From Deltaproteobacteria bacterium (lineage in GTDB: Bacteria > Myxococcota_A > UBA9160 > SMWR01), in contig SMWR01000054.1 of NCBI GenBank assembly GCA_004356735.1, forward strand, positions 1 through 36,354: 36,354 nt of DNA, read 5' to 3'. The translations under genes were made by a program, and so were the position numbers. The notes beneath the pieces are model-generated. The model made no database searches, was not told where the DNA came from, and was given only the letters and a program-made list of their open reading frames with translations. Below, piece after piece: positions 8,510-18,305 of the stretch (the first letter of the stretch is position 1; each line of letters opens with the position of its first letter).

Positions 8510-9889
8510 TCCGTTTCCGCCCGCGTTTTCGAGGTCGTCGCGGTCGGGGGGAGATACGGCGTCCGGCTGCGTGGGCCGTGGGGGAAGCGGTACTCCGGCC
8601 GCGTAGGGAAAGACCGTGCGGGCCAGGTCGATCTTGGAGCCCAGCAGCTTGTTCACGCCGGTCAGTAGCCCGATTACCCGGCCCAGCAGCACCAGATGGA
8701 TGGGGATTCGCACGATCGGGTTCTGGCGAATCCGCTTGGGTACCTCGCGTCCGAAGCGCTCGGTGAATTCCTTGTCGATCTTCACTCCGTGCCGGAACTG
8801 GGTGGCGAGCTCGAGGATGAAGGCTGCGATGTCGTTCAACGAATCCGGACGCCCATCCCGGGTCTCGAAGCCGAGCTCGAGCATGGCCTCGGCCATGCTG
8901 TCGGCGTCACCCTGGATCATGGCGCTGGCGAATCGGACCGCGGTCTCCCGAAAGTGGGGCGGCAGCTCCTTGGCCAGACCGAAGTCGACGAAGACCAGGC
9001 GCGGCCGCCCGTCCTCCATGGGCTGCACCATCAAGTTGCCGGGGTGCGGGTCGGCGTGGAAGAAGCCATGGACCAGCACCTGTTCGCAGTAGGCCTCGAT
9101 CAACAGCTTGGAGACCTGCTTCGGATCGAGTCCGGCCTGCTGGAGCCCTTCGAGATCGGTGATCTTGATGCCGTCGATGAAATCCATGACGAGCACCTTG
9201 CGGGTTGTGTGCTCCCAGTGGATCCGAGGCACCGTGACGTCGTCGCGGTCTTCGAAGAAGCGGGAGATGCGTTCCGCGTTGTGGCCTTCGTTGACGAAGT
9301 TGAGCTCCCGGGGCACGTGGGTGCGCAGCTCATCGATGAGTGGCATCAGTTCGAAGTCGCGCTCCAGGAACTCGACAGCGCGAAACAGCGCGCGCAGGTT
9401 GCGCAGATCGTCGCGGACCAGGGCTTCGATTTCGGGGTACTGAACCTTGACGGCAACGCGTTCGCCGCTGCGCAGCCGGGCCTCGTGGACCTGGGCCAGT
9501 GAAGCGGAAGCGATTGGCTCCACCGAGAAGAAGCTGAAGAAGTCGCCGAGGGGTCCGCCCAGCTCGGTTTCGACGGTGTCTCGCACCACGGGGAACGGGT
9601 GTGCGGGAACCCGGTCCTGGAGCTTCGAAAGAACGTCGACATAAGCGGGCGGCAGGATGTCGGCGCGGGTTCCCAGGAATTGGCAGCCCTTGAGAATCAT
9701 CCCCTGGAGCTCGATTGCCGCCTGGTAGATCGACTCAGCGCTGGTTCGGTGGAACTTCTGCCAGCGCTCGTCCATGTCGCGCGGCGCCAGTCGGTTCTCG
9801 ATGAAGCGGTGAGCGCGCAGGCCCAGATAGATGCGACCGAAGGTGGTGCCGATCCGGCGCGCCCGATAGAGGCGCTGGCCCGCGCGCAC
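8495..9889 (-). CDS. AarF/ABC1/UbiB family atypical protein kinase
   Basis: KGCQFLGTRADILP, LQDRVP, PIASASLAQVH, VAVKVQYP, FFHADPHPGN, DFGL; start is GTG 9889 or overlapping ATG 9952. Confidence 0.93.
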   Translation of the reverse strand: MRAGQRLYRARRIGTTFGRIYLGLRAHRFIENRLAPRDMDERWQKFHRTSAESIYQAAIELQGMILKGCQFLGTRADILPPAYVDVLSKLQDRVPAHPFPVVRDTVETELGGPLGDFFSFFSVEPIASASLAQVHEARLRSGERVAVKVQYPEIEALVRDDLRNLRALFRAVEFLERDFELMPLIDELRTHVPRELNFVNEGHNAERISRFFEDRDDVTVPRIHWEHTTRKVLVMDFIDGIKITDLEGLQQAGLDPKQVSKLLIEAYCEQVLVHGFFHADPHPGNLMVQPMEDGRPRLVFVDFGLAKELPPHFRETAVRFASAMIQGDADSMAEAMLELGFETRDGRPDSLNDIAAFILELATQFRHGVKIDKEFTERFGREVPKRIRQNPIVRIPIHLVLLGRVIGLLTGVNKLLGSKIDLARTVFPYAAGVPLPPRPTQPDAVSPPDRDDLENAGGNGRGRC

Positions 9890-9896
9890 CCTGGCG

Positions 9897-11228
9897 TTAC
9901 CAGAGCTCGGGCGGCTTGGAGGGGCAGGACCAGGACGCGTCAAAGGATTCATCGCCGTTGGAGGCACCGCCGGAGTCCTCGGCGTCTTCCTCTTCGTCCG
10001 CGTAATCGTCGTCTTCATAGGACGGTGTGTAGGCGCACTCCACCCAGCGCGGCGCTGGGAACTCGAGGATGTAGCTCGAGCCGAAGCTCCGATACCTGAA
10101 CTCTCCGTCGTAGAGGAATCCGAAGCCGATGGACGGCGTCGGCACCGCGTCGAGATAATTGGCCTCGACGAGTTCGATCATTTCATCCGGGTAGATCTCT
10201 TCCTGCTCGAGGTAGGCGGCAAGCGCGTCGTTGATACTCCGCGCCTGCTGTTCGCGGGTCACGTAGTAGTCCCAGCGCGCCCAGACTTCGCCGATGATGA
10301 GTGGGACGGCGATCAGTACAGCGCCGGCGGCCATGTGCAGGACTCGTGCATCGAGCTTCTCGGGGCGGCCGCGAACGCCGACGGTGCTGGCCAGGGCGAT
10401 CGCCAGGGCGCATGCCACGGCGATTGGAATGTAGGTCTCGGCGCCCGCCCGAAAGGGCAGCAGGCTCATGGCCGAGCCCGCCGCCACGAACAGCAGCGGA
10501 GCGGTCACACCCAGCATCACGCCGCCGATGATCAGCGGGATCTTCTGGTCGGGATGCCGATGGGACAGGGCGATGCCGCCAGTGCCCATCGCGGCGCCCA
10601 TCAGCCAGAGCATCACGAAAAGGGTTCCCACCTCCATGCCGAAAACGGGTACGGCCGGCCACGGGGAGATGCTGAACTGGAGGCTTGGGTTGGTGCCGGT
10701 GGCGTTTCGGATGAATCCGACCACCACGCAGAAGACGGGCAGGAACAGCGCGATCCGAAGCGGCCAGCGGCGGCGCAGCCAGCTCTCGGCCAGGAACGGC
10801 GTGGCCAGGGAGAAGCCGAGTGTGATGGCCATGCATGCCAGGACCGCCGACGTGCGCCAGTAGAAGAACTCCCAGATCCGGGACGCCGCATCGCCGTAGT
10901 AGGTGAAGAGAACGCAGGCGACCACCGCGCTGTACCCGAGCGCCCGCGCGACGGCCGAGCGTCCGGTGAGGAAGACGGCGATCGTCAGTGCGAGCGCCGG
11001 GAATGTCAAGATTGCGATCAAGAGACCGGTGCTCTCGAAGGCGAAGGAAAGCCAGGTTGCGCGGGTCATGAACCCCGTCGGTTGGTACCAGGCAGGATCG
11101 ATCGTGACCGGCGCCGGTCCGATTCCCTGATGAACGAGATAGGCCCAGAGCACGGCGAGCACTCCGAAGACCCAGCAGAGCCAATCCAGCTTGCGCTCTG
11201 CGCGGGTCGAAGCTTCGCTGGCGGTCAC
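9897..11228 (-). CDS. Hypothetical multi-pass membrane protein with a C-terminal pseudopilin-like soluble domain and acidic tail
   Basis: About 9 hydrophobic segments, then ARSINDALAAYLEQEEIYPDEMIELV and an Asp/Glu-rich tail; GTGA overlap with the upstream gene. Confidence 0.75.
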   Translation of the reverse strand: MTASEASTRAERKLDWLCWVFGVLAVLWAYLVHQGIGPAPVTIDPAWYQPTGFMTRATWLSFAFESTGLLIAILTFPALALTIAVFLTGRSAVARALGYSAVVACVLFTYYGDAASRIWEFFYWRTSAVLACMAITLGFSLATPFLAESWLRRRWPLRIALFLPVFCVVVGFIRNATGTNPSLQFSISPWPAVPVFGMEVGTLFVMLWLMGAAMGTGGIALSHRHPDQKIPLIIGGVMLGVTAPLLFVAAGSAMSLLPFRAGAETYIPIAVACALAIALASTVGVRGRPEKLDARVLHMAAGAVLIAVPLIIGEVWARWDYYVTREQQARSINDALAAYLEQEEIYPDEMIELVEANYLDAVPTPSIGFGFLYDGEFRYRSFGSSYILEFPAPRWVECAYTPSYEDDDYADEEEDAEDSGGASNGDESFDASWSCPSKPPELW

Positions 11229-11638
11229 TTCTCTTCCTCGTTCTCTTTCAGCGCGGCGTGGAACTCGTTCACGGTGCCGCCCTCCGGCCCCTTGAGCCGG
11301 ATCTCCGCCTTCACCTCGAGGGTACGGCCTTCCAGAATTTCTCGCATGATGGCTGCAAGATCCATCTGCTGCATCGACTGGGCGATCTCGAAGCTCAGGC
11401 GCTCGAGGAACTCCTTGCGAGTGCGCTCGCTCTGCTCTGTCGCAAAGTCCATCCAGTCCTTGGGGAGGGTGTCACCGAGGGCCTTGCGGATTGTTTCTTC
11501 GGTCAGGAAGAAGCCGGAGAGTCCGATGGAAAGCGCGCGGCGCGCGAACTCGGGCAAGGCGGGCTTGCGCTCGCTCCCTGCTTTGGATTCCACCTCATCG
11601 GTGACGGGCTCTTTTTTATTCCCTCGATCCAGCGCCAT
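11225..11638 (-). CDS. Conserved hypothetical helical protein, phasin-like
   Basis: ARRALSIGLSGFFLTEETIRKAL amphipathic pattern resembles phasin-family N-termini; operonic with the ABC1 kinase. Confidence 0.6.
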   Translation of the reverse strand: MALDRGNKKEPVTDEVESKAGSERKPALPEFARRALSIGLSGFFLTEETIRKALGDTLPKDWMDFATEQSERTRKEFLERLSFEIAQSMQQMDLAAIMREILEGRTLEVKAEIRLKGPEGGTVNEFHAALKENEEEK

Positions 11639-11655
11639 GGAGTAGATTGCCTTTT

Positions 11656-12081
11656 ATGAGCCGGACCCGGGTTCGCGACATCATGCCCCGCAAGATGGTC
11701 ACGATCAGCGAGAGCGACAGGCTGTCGACGGTCGAGGATATCATGACGCTGGGTCACGTGCGCCACATGCCCGTGGTTCACGCTGGGAAGCTCGTAGGCG
11801 TCGTCTCAGAACGCGACCTGCTGCGCGCATCCCTCTCGAACCTGAACGAGTTCGGCAACGAGGAGCGCCGGGCCTTTCTCCAGGTGGTGGAGATCGGGCG
11901 GGTGATGTCGACTCCGCCCGTCGTGACCGCGCTCGAAACGAGCGTCGAGGATGCGGCCCGGGTGATGGCGGAACGCAAGATCGGCTGTCTGCCCGTGGTC
12001 GACGGTGACCGTTTGCTGGGTCTGATCACCGAAACCGATATTCTCCGCTACTTCGCCGGGATGGTGAGCGCCGAAGACTGA
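11656..12081 (+). CDS. CBS-domain pair protein
   Basis: VRDIM, RHMPVV..GKLVGVVSERDLL, KIGCLPVVDGDRLLGLITETDIL. Confidence 0.92.
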   Translation: MSRTRVRDIMPRKMVTISESDRLSTVEDIMTLGHVRHMPVVHAGKLVGVVSERDLLRASLSNLNEFGNEERRAFLQVVEIGRVMSTPPVVTALETSVEDAARVMAERKIGCLPVVDGDRLLGLITETDILRYFAGMVSAED

Positions 12082-12086
12082 GGCGA

Positions 12087-13457
12087 TCACACCTCGATCC
12101 GCTTCCAGCGGCCCGAGGCGAAGCGCCAGCTCAGCAGCACGGCCTTGACACTCCAGTCCGCCAGCAGGCAGCACCACACGGCCTCCACGGTGCCGAACAG
12201 GGGCTTGGCAACGACGACGGCCAACCCCAGTCGGAACACCAACAGCCCGGTCAGGACGACCACGAGCGGGAAGCGCGTGTCCCCTGCGCCACGCAGGCCG
12301 CCGCCCAACGCGAACTCGACCGCCATGGCCGGCTGTGCGGCGCCCAGGATCCAGATGAAGCTGACCGTCAGGTCGATGGTCTCCTGTCCGACGGCGCCAA
12401 AGACGTTAGCCAGGGGACGCGCGAACACGATGATCACCAGCCCCAGGCCACCCATCACGGCAACGGCATTGATTGCACTGCGCCAACCGAGCCGCTCGGC
12501 CACCTGGGGCAGGCCGGCGCCGAGGTTCTGTCCGACCAGGGTCGAAGCCGCCATCGAAAAGCCCATGCCGGGAACGAAGCAGAACGACAAGATGCGCACG
12601 CCGATCAGGTAGGCCGAGATGGCCGCGGTCGAAAAGGATGACACGATGCCCATGAAGATGAGCAGTCCGCCGCTGAAGATGGCCTGCTCGACGGCCGTCG
12701 GCAGTCCGATGCGCAGCAGCCGCCAGGACAGGGCCCGTGTCACGCTGGCGCGCCAGCCAAGCATCGGGAGAATCAGCTTGTCCCGTTGCCAGAGTGCCGC
12801 CATCACGGTGGCGGCAAACAGGAATACGAAGCCGGTCGCCCAGGCGGAGCCCTCCGCACCGAGCTCGGGCGCTCCCAGCTCGCCGAAGATCAACGCGTAG
12901 TCGAGGACGACGTTGAGCAGCACCGTCAGCGAGCCGACGATCAGCGGTGTGCGAACGTCGCCGGCGGCTCTCAACGCCTGTGCCAGGGTGATCTCGATCG
13001 CAAACGGAATCTGGAACAGGAGCAGGATGGCGAGACACGTCCCGCCGAGAGCGGCCACCTCGGGCTCGACCTGGAGCACCGCCACGATCGGTTCGCTCCA
13101 GGGAATCACGGCCATGATCAGGATCCCCCCGACGACGGAGAGTGCGACGGAGCAGTGCGTGGCTCGGGCCGCTTCTTCCATGTTGCCGGCACCGCACTCC
13201 CGGGAGACGATGGCCATCGTTCCCGTCGTGACGGCCGTCAAGACGGCGAAGCTGAAGAAGTGGATCTGGAGCGCGATGCCAACCCCGGCGATGGCCTCGG
13301 TGCCGAGCGACGACACGAACATGAAGTCGACAACGCCCACCAGCGAGTGCAGCGCGAAGAGCGCCATCGTAGGCCAGGCGAGTTGCCAGACTCCCGTCGC
13401 CGGCGGCGTGACGACGGTCTCCTCCGCCGGACCCGATTCGTGTCGGCTGCCGTTCAC
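12087..13457 (-). CDS. MATE family efflux transporter
   Basis: LAWP, VDFMFVSSLG, LRAAGDVRTPL, LVGQNLGAG, LRGAGDTRFP; about 12 TM segments. Confidence 0.93.
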   Translation of the reverse strand: MNGSRHESGPAEETVVTPPATGVWQLAWPTMALFALHSLVGVVDFMFVSSLGTEAIAGVGIALQIHFFSFAVLTAVTTGTMAIVSRECGAGNMEEAARATHCSVALSVVGGILIMAVIPWSEPIVAVLQVEPEVAALGGTCLAILLLFQIPFAIEITLAQALRAAGDVRTPLIVGSLTVLLNVVLDYALIFGELGAPELGAEGSAWATGFVFLFAATVMAALWQRDKLILPMLGWRASVTRALSWRLLRIGLPTAVEQAIFSGGLLIFMGIVSSFSTAAISAYLIGVRILSFCFVPGMGFSMAASTLVGQNLGAGLPQVAERLGWRSAINAVAVMGGLGLVIIVFARPLANVFGAVGQETIDLTVSFIWILGAAQPAMAVEFALGGGLRGAGDTRFPLVVVLTGLLVFRLGLAVVVAKPLFGTVEAVWCCLLADWSVKAVLLSWRFASGRWKRIEV

Positions 13458-13582
13458 GAGGCGAATTCATTCCAACGCGCCAGGATGTGTCGGGCAATTC
13501 GATCGGCGAGCGCGGTGGTTCGGGTCAGGCGCCGGGGACCTCGCGGGGGGGTGTGCCAAGACGTCGGGTTGAGGGGGTGCAT
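13454..13582 (-). CDS. Possible 42-aa leader/small ORF coupled to the MATE gene
   Basis: AAAGG upstream of ATG 13582; its TGA overlaps the MATE GTG; no homology recognised. Confidence 0.3.
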   Translation of the reverse strand: MHPLNPTSWHTPPRGPRRLTRTTALADRIARHILARWNEFAS

Positions 13583-13616
13583 GGGGTCGCCTTTCGTAAT
13601 ACAACGCCGACGCGTT

Positions 13617-14708
13617 TCAATCGTCGACGGGTTCTCGAAGGAAGCGCTGGAAGGCGGGCGGGATGATGGCGGCATCGAGGGGGCGAGGAGCTTGGGCCAC
13701 CACGTCGACGCCATTGTAGGTGTTCCAGAACAGGCTGGGGCCCCGAAGCCGGCCAGAGCGTGCGCGAACGACGATCTCGGCCAGGCATTTCGCGGTGTAG
13801 GTGGTCTCCAGCTGGATTCCGGCCTGCCGCGCGAGCGTCATTGCCTCGCGGGCGGCCGGGGTCACGGCGCCGTAGCACGGGCCAAGCTGGTCCTTCACAT
13901 AGTCCAGGTCCGGGTGAGCGCGGCCTCTCGACGAAATCGACGCGTCCAGGCTGGCAAGCCAGTCGATCAGCGATCCGGCGGAACCCAGGATGCGGCGTGG
14001 ACTCGGTGGCAGGACGTCGTTGACCAGTACACCGACCAGTCGGGATCGCAGACCGGTGAGGACGAGTCCGGCGGCCAGTCCGATCAGGCTCCCGCCGCTT
14101 CCGATCGCGATGTAGATGTCGGCAGGCTCCGGACAGTCACCGTGTTCGACTTGTTCGGCGAGTTCGAAGGCGGCGGCGACGAAGCCTAGGTTGCCGTGTC
14201 GCGAGGTTCCCCCGGTCGGCACATACGTTGGCCGCTCCATTCGCAGGGTCGATGTGCCGAGCACGCGAAATAACTGGGCGGCCGCGCCGGGAAGGTTGCG
14301 GCCGTAGACGAGTTTGGCGCCGTAGGCCGCATGCAGCAGCAGCGATTGCTGGACCTCGCGGGTCAGGGGTTGGTCGACGAGTATCAGGGTGGTTCTCATG
14401 CCTGCTTCCGAACCGAGGATGGTCGTCGCCAGTCCATGATGGGTGCCGAGGCCGCCGGTCGTGATCAGTCGTTCCGAGCGTCGGGCCAGTGCGGCGCCCA
14501 GGATGAACTCGAGCTTGCGCGGTTTGTTTCCGCCATAGCGTGAGCAGCTCCGATCGTCCCGCTTGATCCAGAGGTCGGGCGTGTCGGCGGGAAGTTCCGG
14601 CAGCACCAAGCGCTCCACCGGTGTCGGTCCGCTCAACAGCGGGTGCCACGGCAGAACCGCCGCGAGCGCGGGATGGGTCCGAAACAGGGCTGAGGGAGCG
14701 GCAGCCAC
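13617..14708 (-). CDS. PLP-dependent D-cysteine desulfhydrase / ACC deaminase family enzyme
   Basis: PTPVE, LWIKRDD, YGGNKPRKLEF (PLP Lys), GSGGS; LETTYTAK has Thr rather than the ACC-deaminase Glu; start uncertain (GTG 14708). Confidence 0.85.
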   Translation of the reverse strand: MAAAPSALFRTHPALAAVLPWHPLLSGPTPVERLVLPELPADTPDLWIKRDDRSCSRYGGNKPRKLEFILGAALARRSERLITTGGLGTHHGLATTILGSEAGMRTTLILVDQPLTREVQQSLLLHAAYGAKLVYGRNLPGAAAQLFRVLGTSTLRMERPTYVPTGGTSRHGNLGFVAAAFELAEQVEHGDCPEPADIYIAIGSGGSLIGLAAGLVLTGLRSRLVGVLVNDVLPPSPRRILGSAGSLIDWLASLDASISSRGRAHPDLDYVKDQLGPCYGAVTPAAREAMTLARQAGIQLETTYTAKCLAEIVVRARSGRLRGPSLFWNTYNGVDVVAQAPRPLDAAIIPPAFQRFLREPVDD

Positions 14709-14747
14709 GCCGCAGATGTGGACGAAGCGCGGCCCCAATGCAACCGA

Positions 14748-14777
14748 TTGACTTTTCCCGCGGGGATCCCGTACCCT
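14748..14777 (+). promoter_or_regulatory. Possible sigma70 promoter for aldehyde dehydrogenase
   Basis: TTGACT, 18 bp spacer, TACCCT in the divergent intergenic region. Confidence 0.35.
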
Positions 14778-14832
14778 CCGGAGTGCCCCCCCCCGGGACG
14801 CCCGCGCGCCACCGGTGGGATCGAGGTGCTGC

Positions 14833-16365
14833 ATGGCGGTGGTGGAGAAGGTCGAGGCGGAAGTCGGGGGACGACGACGCCTGCGTCTCTCGAATCCCGC
14901 CACTCTCGAGCCGATCGGCGAGATCGAAGTTCACGATGCGTCGGATGTTCGCGCCAGCATCGAGCGCGCCCGGAAGGTCCAGCCCGCCTGGGCCGAGTTG
15001 GCCTTCGAAGAGCGCGGCCGTTTTCTCGAGCGCGCCGTGCGCGTGATCATCGAGCGCCAGGACGAGATCGTGGACGTGATCGTTTCCGAAACGGGAAAGC
15101 CGCGCATGGAAGCCCTGTCTGCCGAGCTGATCTCGTCCTGCGATGCGCTCCAGTTCTATGCGAAGCGCGCCAAGGGTCTGCTGCGGGACCGGTCGATTCC
15201 GCTGCACCTGATGCGGACCAAGAAGCTTCGTCTCGTCTGCAAGCCGGTCGGTGTAGTGGGAATCATCACGCCCTGGAACTTTCCTTTCGCGCTCACGATC
15301 AATCCAACGGCCCAGGCCTTGATGGCCGGCAACGCGGTCGTGCTCAAGCCTTCGGAAGTCACGCCCTTCTCGGCGCTGCTGCTGGATGAGATCTTTGCGG
15401 CCGTGGGCCTTCCCGAAGGTGTCTTCACGGTCGTCACCGGCGACGGCGAGACCGGTGCCGCCCTGGTGGATGCCGGCGTTGACAAGATCTCGTTCACCGG
15501 GAGCGTTCGGACCGGCCGCAGGGTGGCCGAGGCGTGCGGACGCAACCTGACCCCGTGCACGCTGGAACTCGGGGGCAAGGATCCGATGGTGGTGTGTGCG
15601 GATGCCGATCTGGACCGCGCTGCCCGTGGCGCGGTTTTTGGTGCCTTCAGCAATTCAGGCCAGGTCTGCACGTCGACCGAGCGCGTCTACGTGGTTGACG
15701 AGGTTGCCGAAGCCTTTACCGCAAAGTGCGTGGAGCTGACCTCCGAGCTTCGTCAGGGCAGCAGCGGCGAATTCGACGTGGGCGCCATCATCTGGCCCGG
15801 CCAGATCGACATCATCGAGAGCCATGTTCGCGACGCCGTAGAGAAGGGCGCCCGTGTACTCACCGGTGGCCGTCGCAACCCCAACGAGCGGGGCTACTTC
15901 TGGGAGCCCACGGTTTTGGTCGATGTCGATCACGACATGGCCATCATGCGCGATGAGACCTTCGGTCCAGTGCTTCCGATCATGCGTGTTACCGATGAGA
16001 ACGAGGCCCTGCGTTTGGCCAACGAGACCGGCTACGGACTCAACGCTAACGTCTGGACCAAGGACAAACACCGTGGTTTCGAGCTTGCACGATCGATCGA
16101 ATCCGGCTCGGTCGTCGTGAACGATTGTATGATCACGTACGGCGTAACCGAGTCTCCCTTCGGTGGAGTCAAGCAAAGCGGCATCGGCCGGGTGAACGGC
16201 GAGATGGGGCTCAAGGGGTACTGCAACGTGCAGTCGATCGTGATCGACCGGATGGGCGCGAAGTCGGAACCGCTCTGGTACCCGTACTCGAACGACAAGC
16301 TCGGTAGGATGAAGAAGATGATGCGGTTCCTATGGGGAACCTCTCTCGGACGTTTCCTCTCGTAG
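14833..16365 (+). CDS. NAD(P)-dependent aldehyde dehydrogenase
   Basis: ITPWNFP, LKPSE, FTGS, LELGGKD, NSGQVC (catalytic Cys), ETFGP, PFGGVKQSG; GAGGTG RBS. Confidence 0.95.
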   Translation: MAVVEKVEAEVGGRRRLRLSNPATLEPIGEIEVHDASDVRASIERARKVQPAWAELAFEERGRFLERAVRVIIERQDEIVDVIVSETGKPRMEALSAELISSCDALQFYAKRAKGLLRDRSIPLHLMRTKKLRLVCKPVGVVGIITPWNFPFALTINPTAQALMAGNAVVLKPSEVTPFSALLLDEIFAAVGLPEGVFTVVTGDGETGAALVDAGVDKISFTGSVRTGRRVAEACGRNLTPCTLELGGKDPMVVCADADLDRAARGAVFGAFSNSGQVCTSTERVYVVDEVAEAFTAKCVELTSELRQGSSGEFDVGAIIWPGQIDIIESHVRDAVEKGARVLTGGRRNPNERGYFWEPTVLVDVDHDMAIMRDETFGPVLPIMRVTDENEALRLANETGYGLNANVWTKDKHRGFELARSIESGSVVVNDCMITYGVTESPFGGVKQSGIGRVNGEMGLKGYCNVQSIVIDRMGAKSEPLWYPYSNDKLGRMKKMMRFLWGTSLGRFLS

Positions 16366-16415
16366 CCGCGTGGGCGCTACGCAGCAGGGCATCGTCCGGT
16401 GAAGCGGAGAATCGG

Positions 16416-17237
16416 ATGATTTCGACGATCTTGGTGGCAAGCGATGGTTCTGAAGCTTCGAGTGTGGCCGAACGCTATGGCGTGGGTCTGGCCGGCCGAC
16501 TGGAGGCGCGTGTGTTGGGTCTTTCGGTCATCGAGGAGCGCCTGGCGCGCGGCCTGAAAGACGATGGCCTCGGCGTCATGGCGCCGTCGCAGGAAGCCTT
16601 CGCGGCCTACCTGAAGAGCCGCGCCGAGGCGACCTGCCGGCGCCTGTCGGAAAAGGCGCGGGCCGCAGGGATCGAGAGCCAGTGCGAGACCGCACAGGGA
16701 ATCGCCGACGACCTGATCGTCGAACGCGGACAGCACGCGGACCTGCTCGTGCTGGGACGCGACGGGCAACACAAGGAGTTTCGGACTGGATTGATCGGTT
16801 CGACGGTCAACGGCGTGGTTCGCAAGACCGGAAAGTCGGTGCTGGTGGTGCCCGATGGCGCTCAGCTGTCGGGGCCGATCATGCTGTCCTTTGATGGTTC
16901 GCCCGGCTCGCGGTTGGCCGCAGCGCTTGCCGTCGAGTTCGCCAAGAAGCTGTCCGAGCCGGTGCACGTCTTCGTCGATTCGAAGGACAAGGGGCGCGCC
17001 ATCGCTCGCTTCGACGAAATCCGCAGCGTCGTCGGAGCCCTGCCGGTACCGGTGCGTGAGATCTCGTCCACCCTCGGCAGGCCCGACGTAAAGGTCGTCG
17101 ACTCGGCACGCGAGGTCCGGGCGGGGTTGATCGTGATGGGTGCCTTCGGCCGCAATCGGATCACCGACTACTTCCTCGGCAGCAACTCGGCGGCCGTGAT
17201 CCGCACCTCGCCGATCGCGGTGCTGGTTGCGCGCTAG
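16416..17237 (+). CDS. Universal stress protein (tandem USP domains)
   Basis: ILVASDGS, DLLVLG...IGSTVNGVVR, second domain SFDGS and IVMGAFG...LGSNS. Confidence 0.9.
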   Translation: MISTILVASDGSEASSVAERYGVGLAGRLEARVLGLSVIEERLARGLKDDGLGVMAPSQEAFAAYLKSRAEATCRRLSEKARAAGIESQCETAQGIADDLIVERGQHADLLVLGRDGQHKEFRTGLIGSTVNGVVRKTGKSVLVVPDGAQLSGPIMLSFDGSPGSRLAAALAVEFAKKLSEPVHVFVDSKDKGRAIARFDEIRSVVGALPVPVREISSTLGRPDVKVVDSAREVRAGLIVMGAFGRNRITDYFLGSNSAAVIRTSPIAVLVAR

Positions 17238-17243
17238 GCGGGA

Positions 17244-18305
17244 ATGGTTCCGGTTGTGACGATCCGTCCGATCCGCTTGGCGGAGCTGGCCGACGTGTTG
17301 GAGCGGCCCTTCGAAGGCGAGGGCGACTTCGAGATCAAGGGCGTCGCGGCCCTCGCCTCCGCGGGTCCCAGTGATCTCTCCTTCGTCCGTTCAGAACGCT
17401 GGAGTGATGCCGTGTCGGCTTCAGCGGCAGGCGCCGTGATTGCGCCCGAGGGCGTCGACGTGGGAGGCCGCGCGGTGATCCGCTCGCCCCATCCGGGCCT
17501 CGACTTCGCCCGCGCCGTGCGACGCATCCAGCCGATGCCGCGGCTGCCGGCCGGCATCGACCCCGGCGCTCACGTGGCGGACGATGCCCAGTTGGATCCG
17601 ACGGCCGCAATCGGACCGGGCTGCGTCGTCGGCTCCGGTGCACGCGTCGGCGCGCGGTCGGTCCTGTACGCCAACGTGACCCTCTACGCCGGCGTCGTGG
17701 TGGGAGTCGATTGCAGGGTCCATGCCGGCTGTGTCCTGCGCGAGGGAACCGTGCTTGGCGATCGGGTGGCGCTGCAGCCGGGAGTCATGCTCGGCGGCGA
17801 CGGGTTCGGCTACGTCGGGAATGAGAAGGACGAGTGGGAATCGGTTCCCCAGACCGGCGGGGTCATCGTGGAAGATGACGTCGAGATCGGCGCCAACGCG
17901 ACCGTCGACCGAGGAACGCTGGGCGACACGCTGATTCGTCGCGGCGTGAAGATCGACGATCTATGCCTGATTGCTCACAACTGCGATGTGGGAGAGAACG
18001 TCCTGATCGCGGGCCAGGTCGGGATCGCCGGCAGCGTCGAGATCGGGCGCGACGCGATCCTGCTCTCCCAGGTCGGAGTGGCCGACCACGTTCGCATCGG
18101 GGCCCGCGCCTATGTCGGACCCCAGTCCGGTGTCCCGGCGGATCTCGAGACTGGCGCTCGAGTGCTCGGGACGCCCGCTCTCGACCTGCCGCTGGGTCGA
18201 CGCGTGGTGGTGTCGATGCGCCGAATCCCGGAGTTGTTGCGCAGGATGCGTCGCCTGGAGCGCCGTCTCGACCCGGATGCCTCCGACGCGGTCGAGCCGG
18301 AATGA
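17244..18305 (+). CDS. lpxD: UDP-3-O-acylglucosamine N-acyltransferase
   Basis: N-terminal uridine-binding domain, hexapeptide repeats, [33 protein letters not shown]. Confidence 0.9.
   Translation: MVPVVTIRPIRLAELADVLERPFEGEGDFEIKGVAALASAGPSDLSFVRSERWSDAVSASAAGAVIAPEGVDVGGRAVIRSPHPGLDFARAVRRIQPMPRLPAGIDPGAHVADDAQLDPTAAIGPGCVVGSGARVGARSVLYANVTLYAGVVVGVDCRVHAGCVLREGTVLGDRVALQPGVMLGGDGFGYVGNEKDEWESVPQTGGVIVEDDVEIGANATVDRGTLGDTLIRRGVKIDDLCLIAHNCDVGENVLIAGQVGIAGSVEIGRDAILLSQVGVADHVRIGARAYVGPQSGVPADLETGARVLGTPALDLPLGRRVVVSMRRIPELLRRMRRLERRLDPDASDAVEPE

Noticed and set aside
13617-14708. ACC deaminase (acdS) call
   Set aside because: The diagnostic Glu of the PVYEGK motif is Thr here (TTYTAK).
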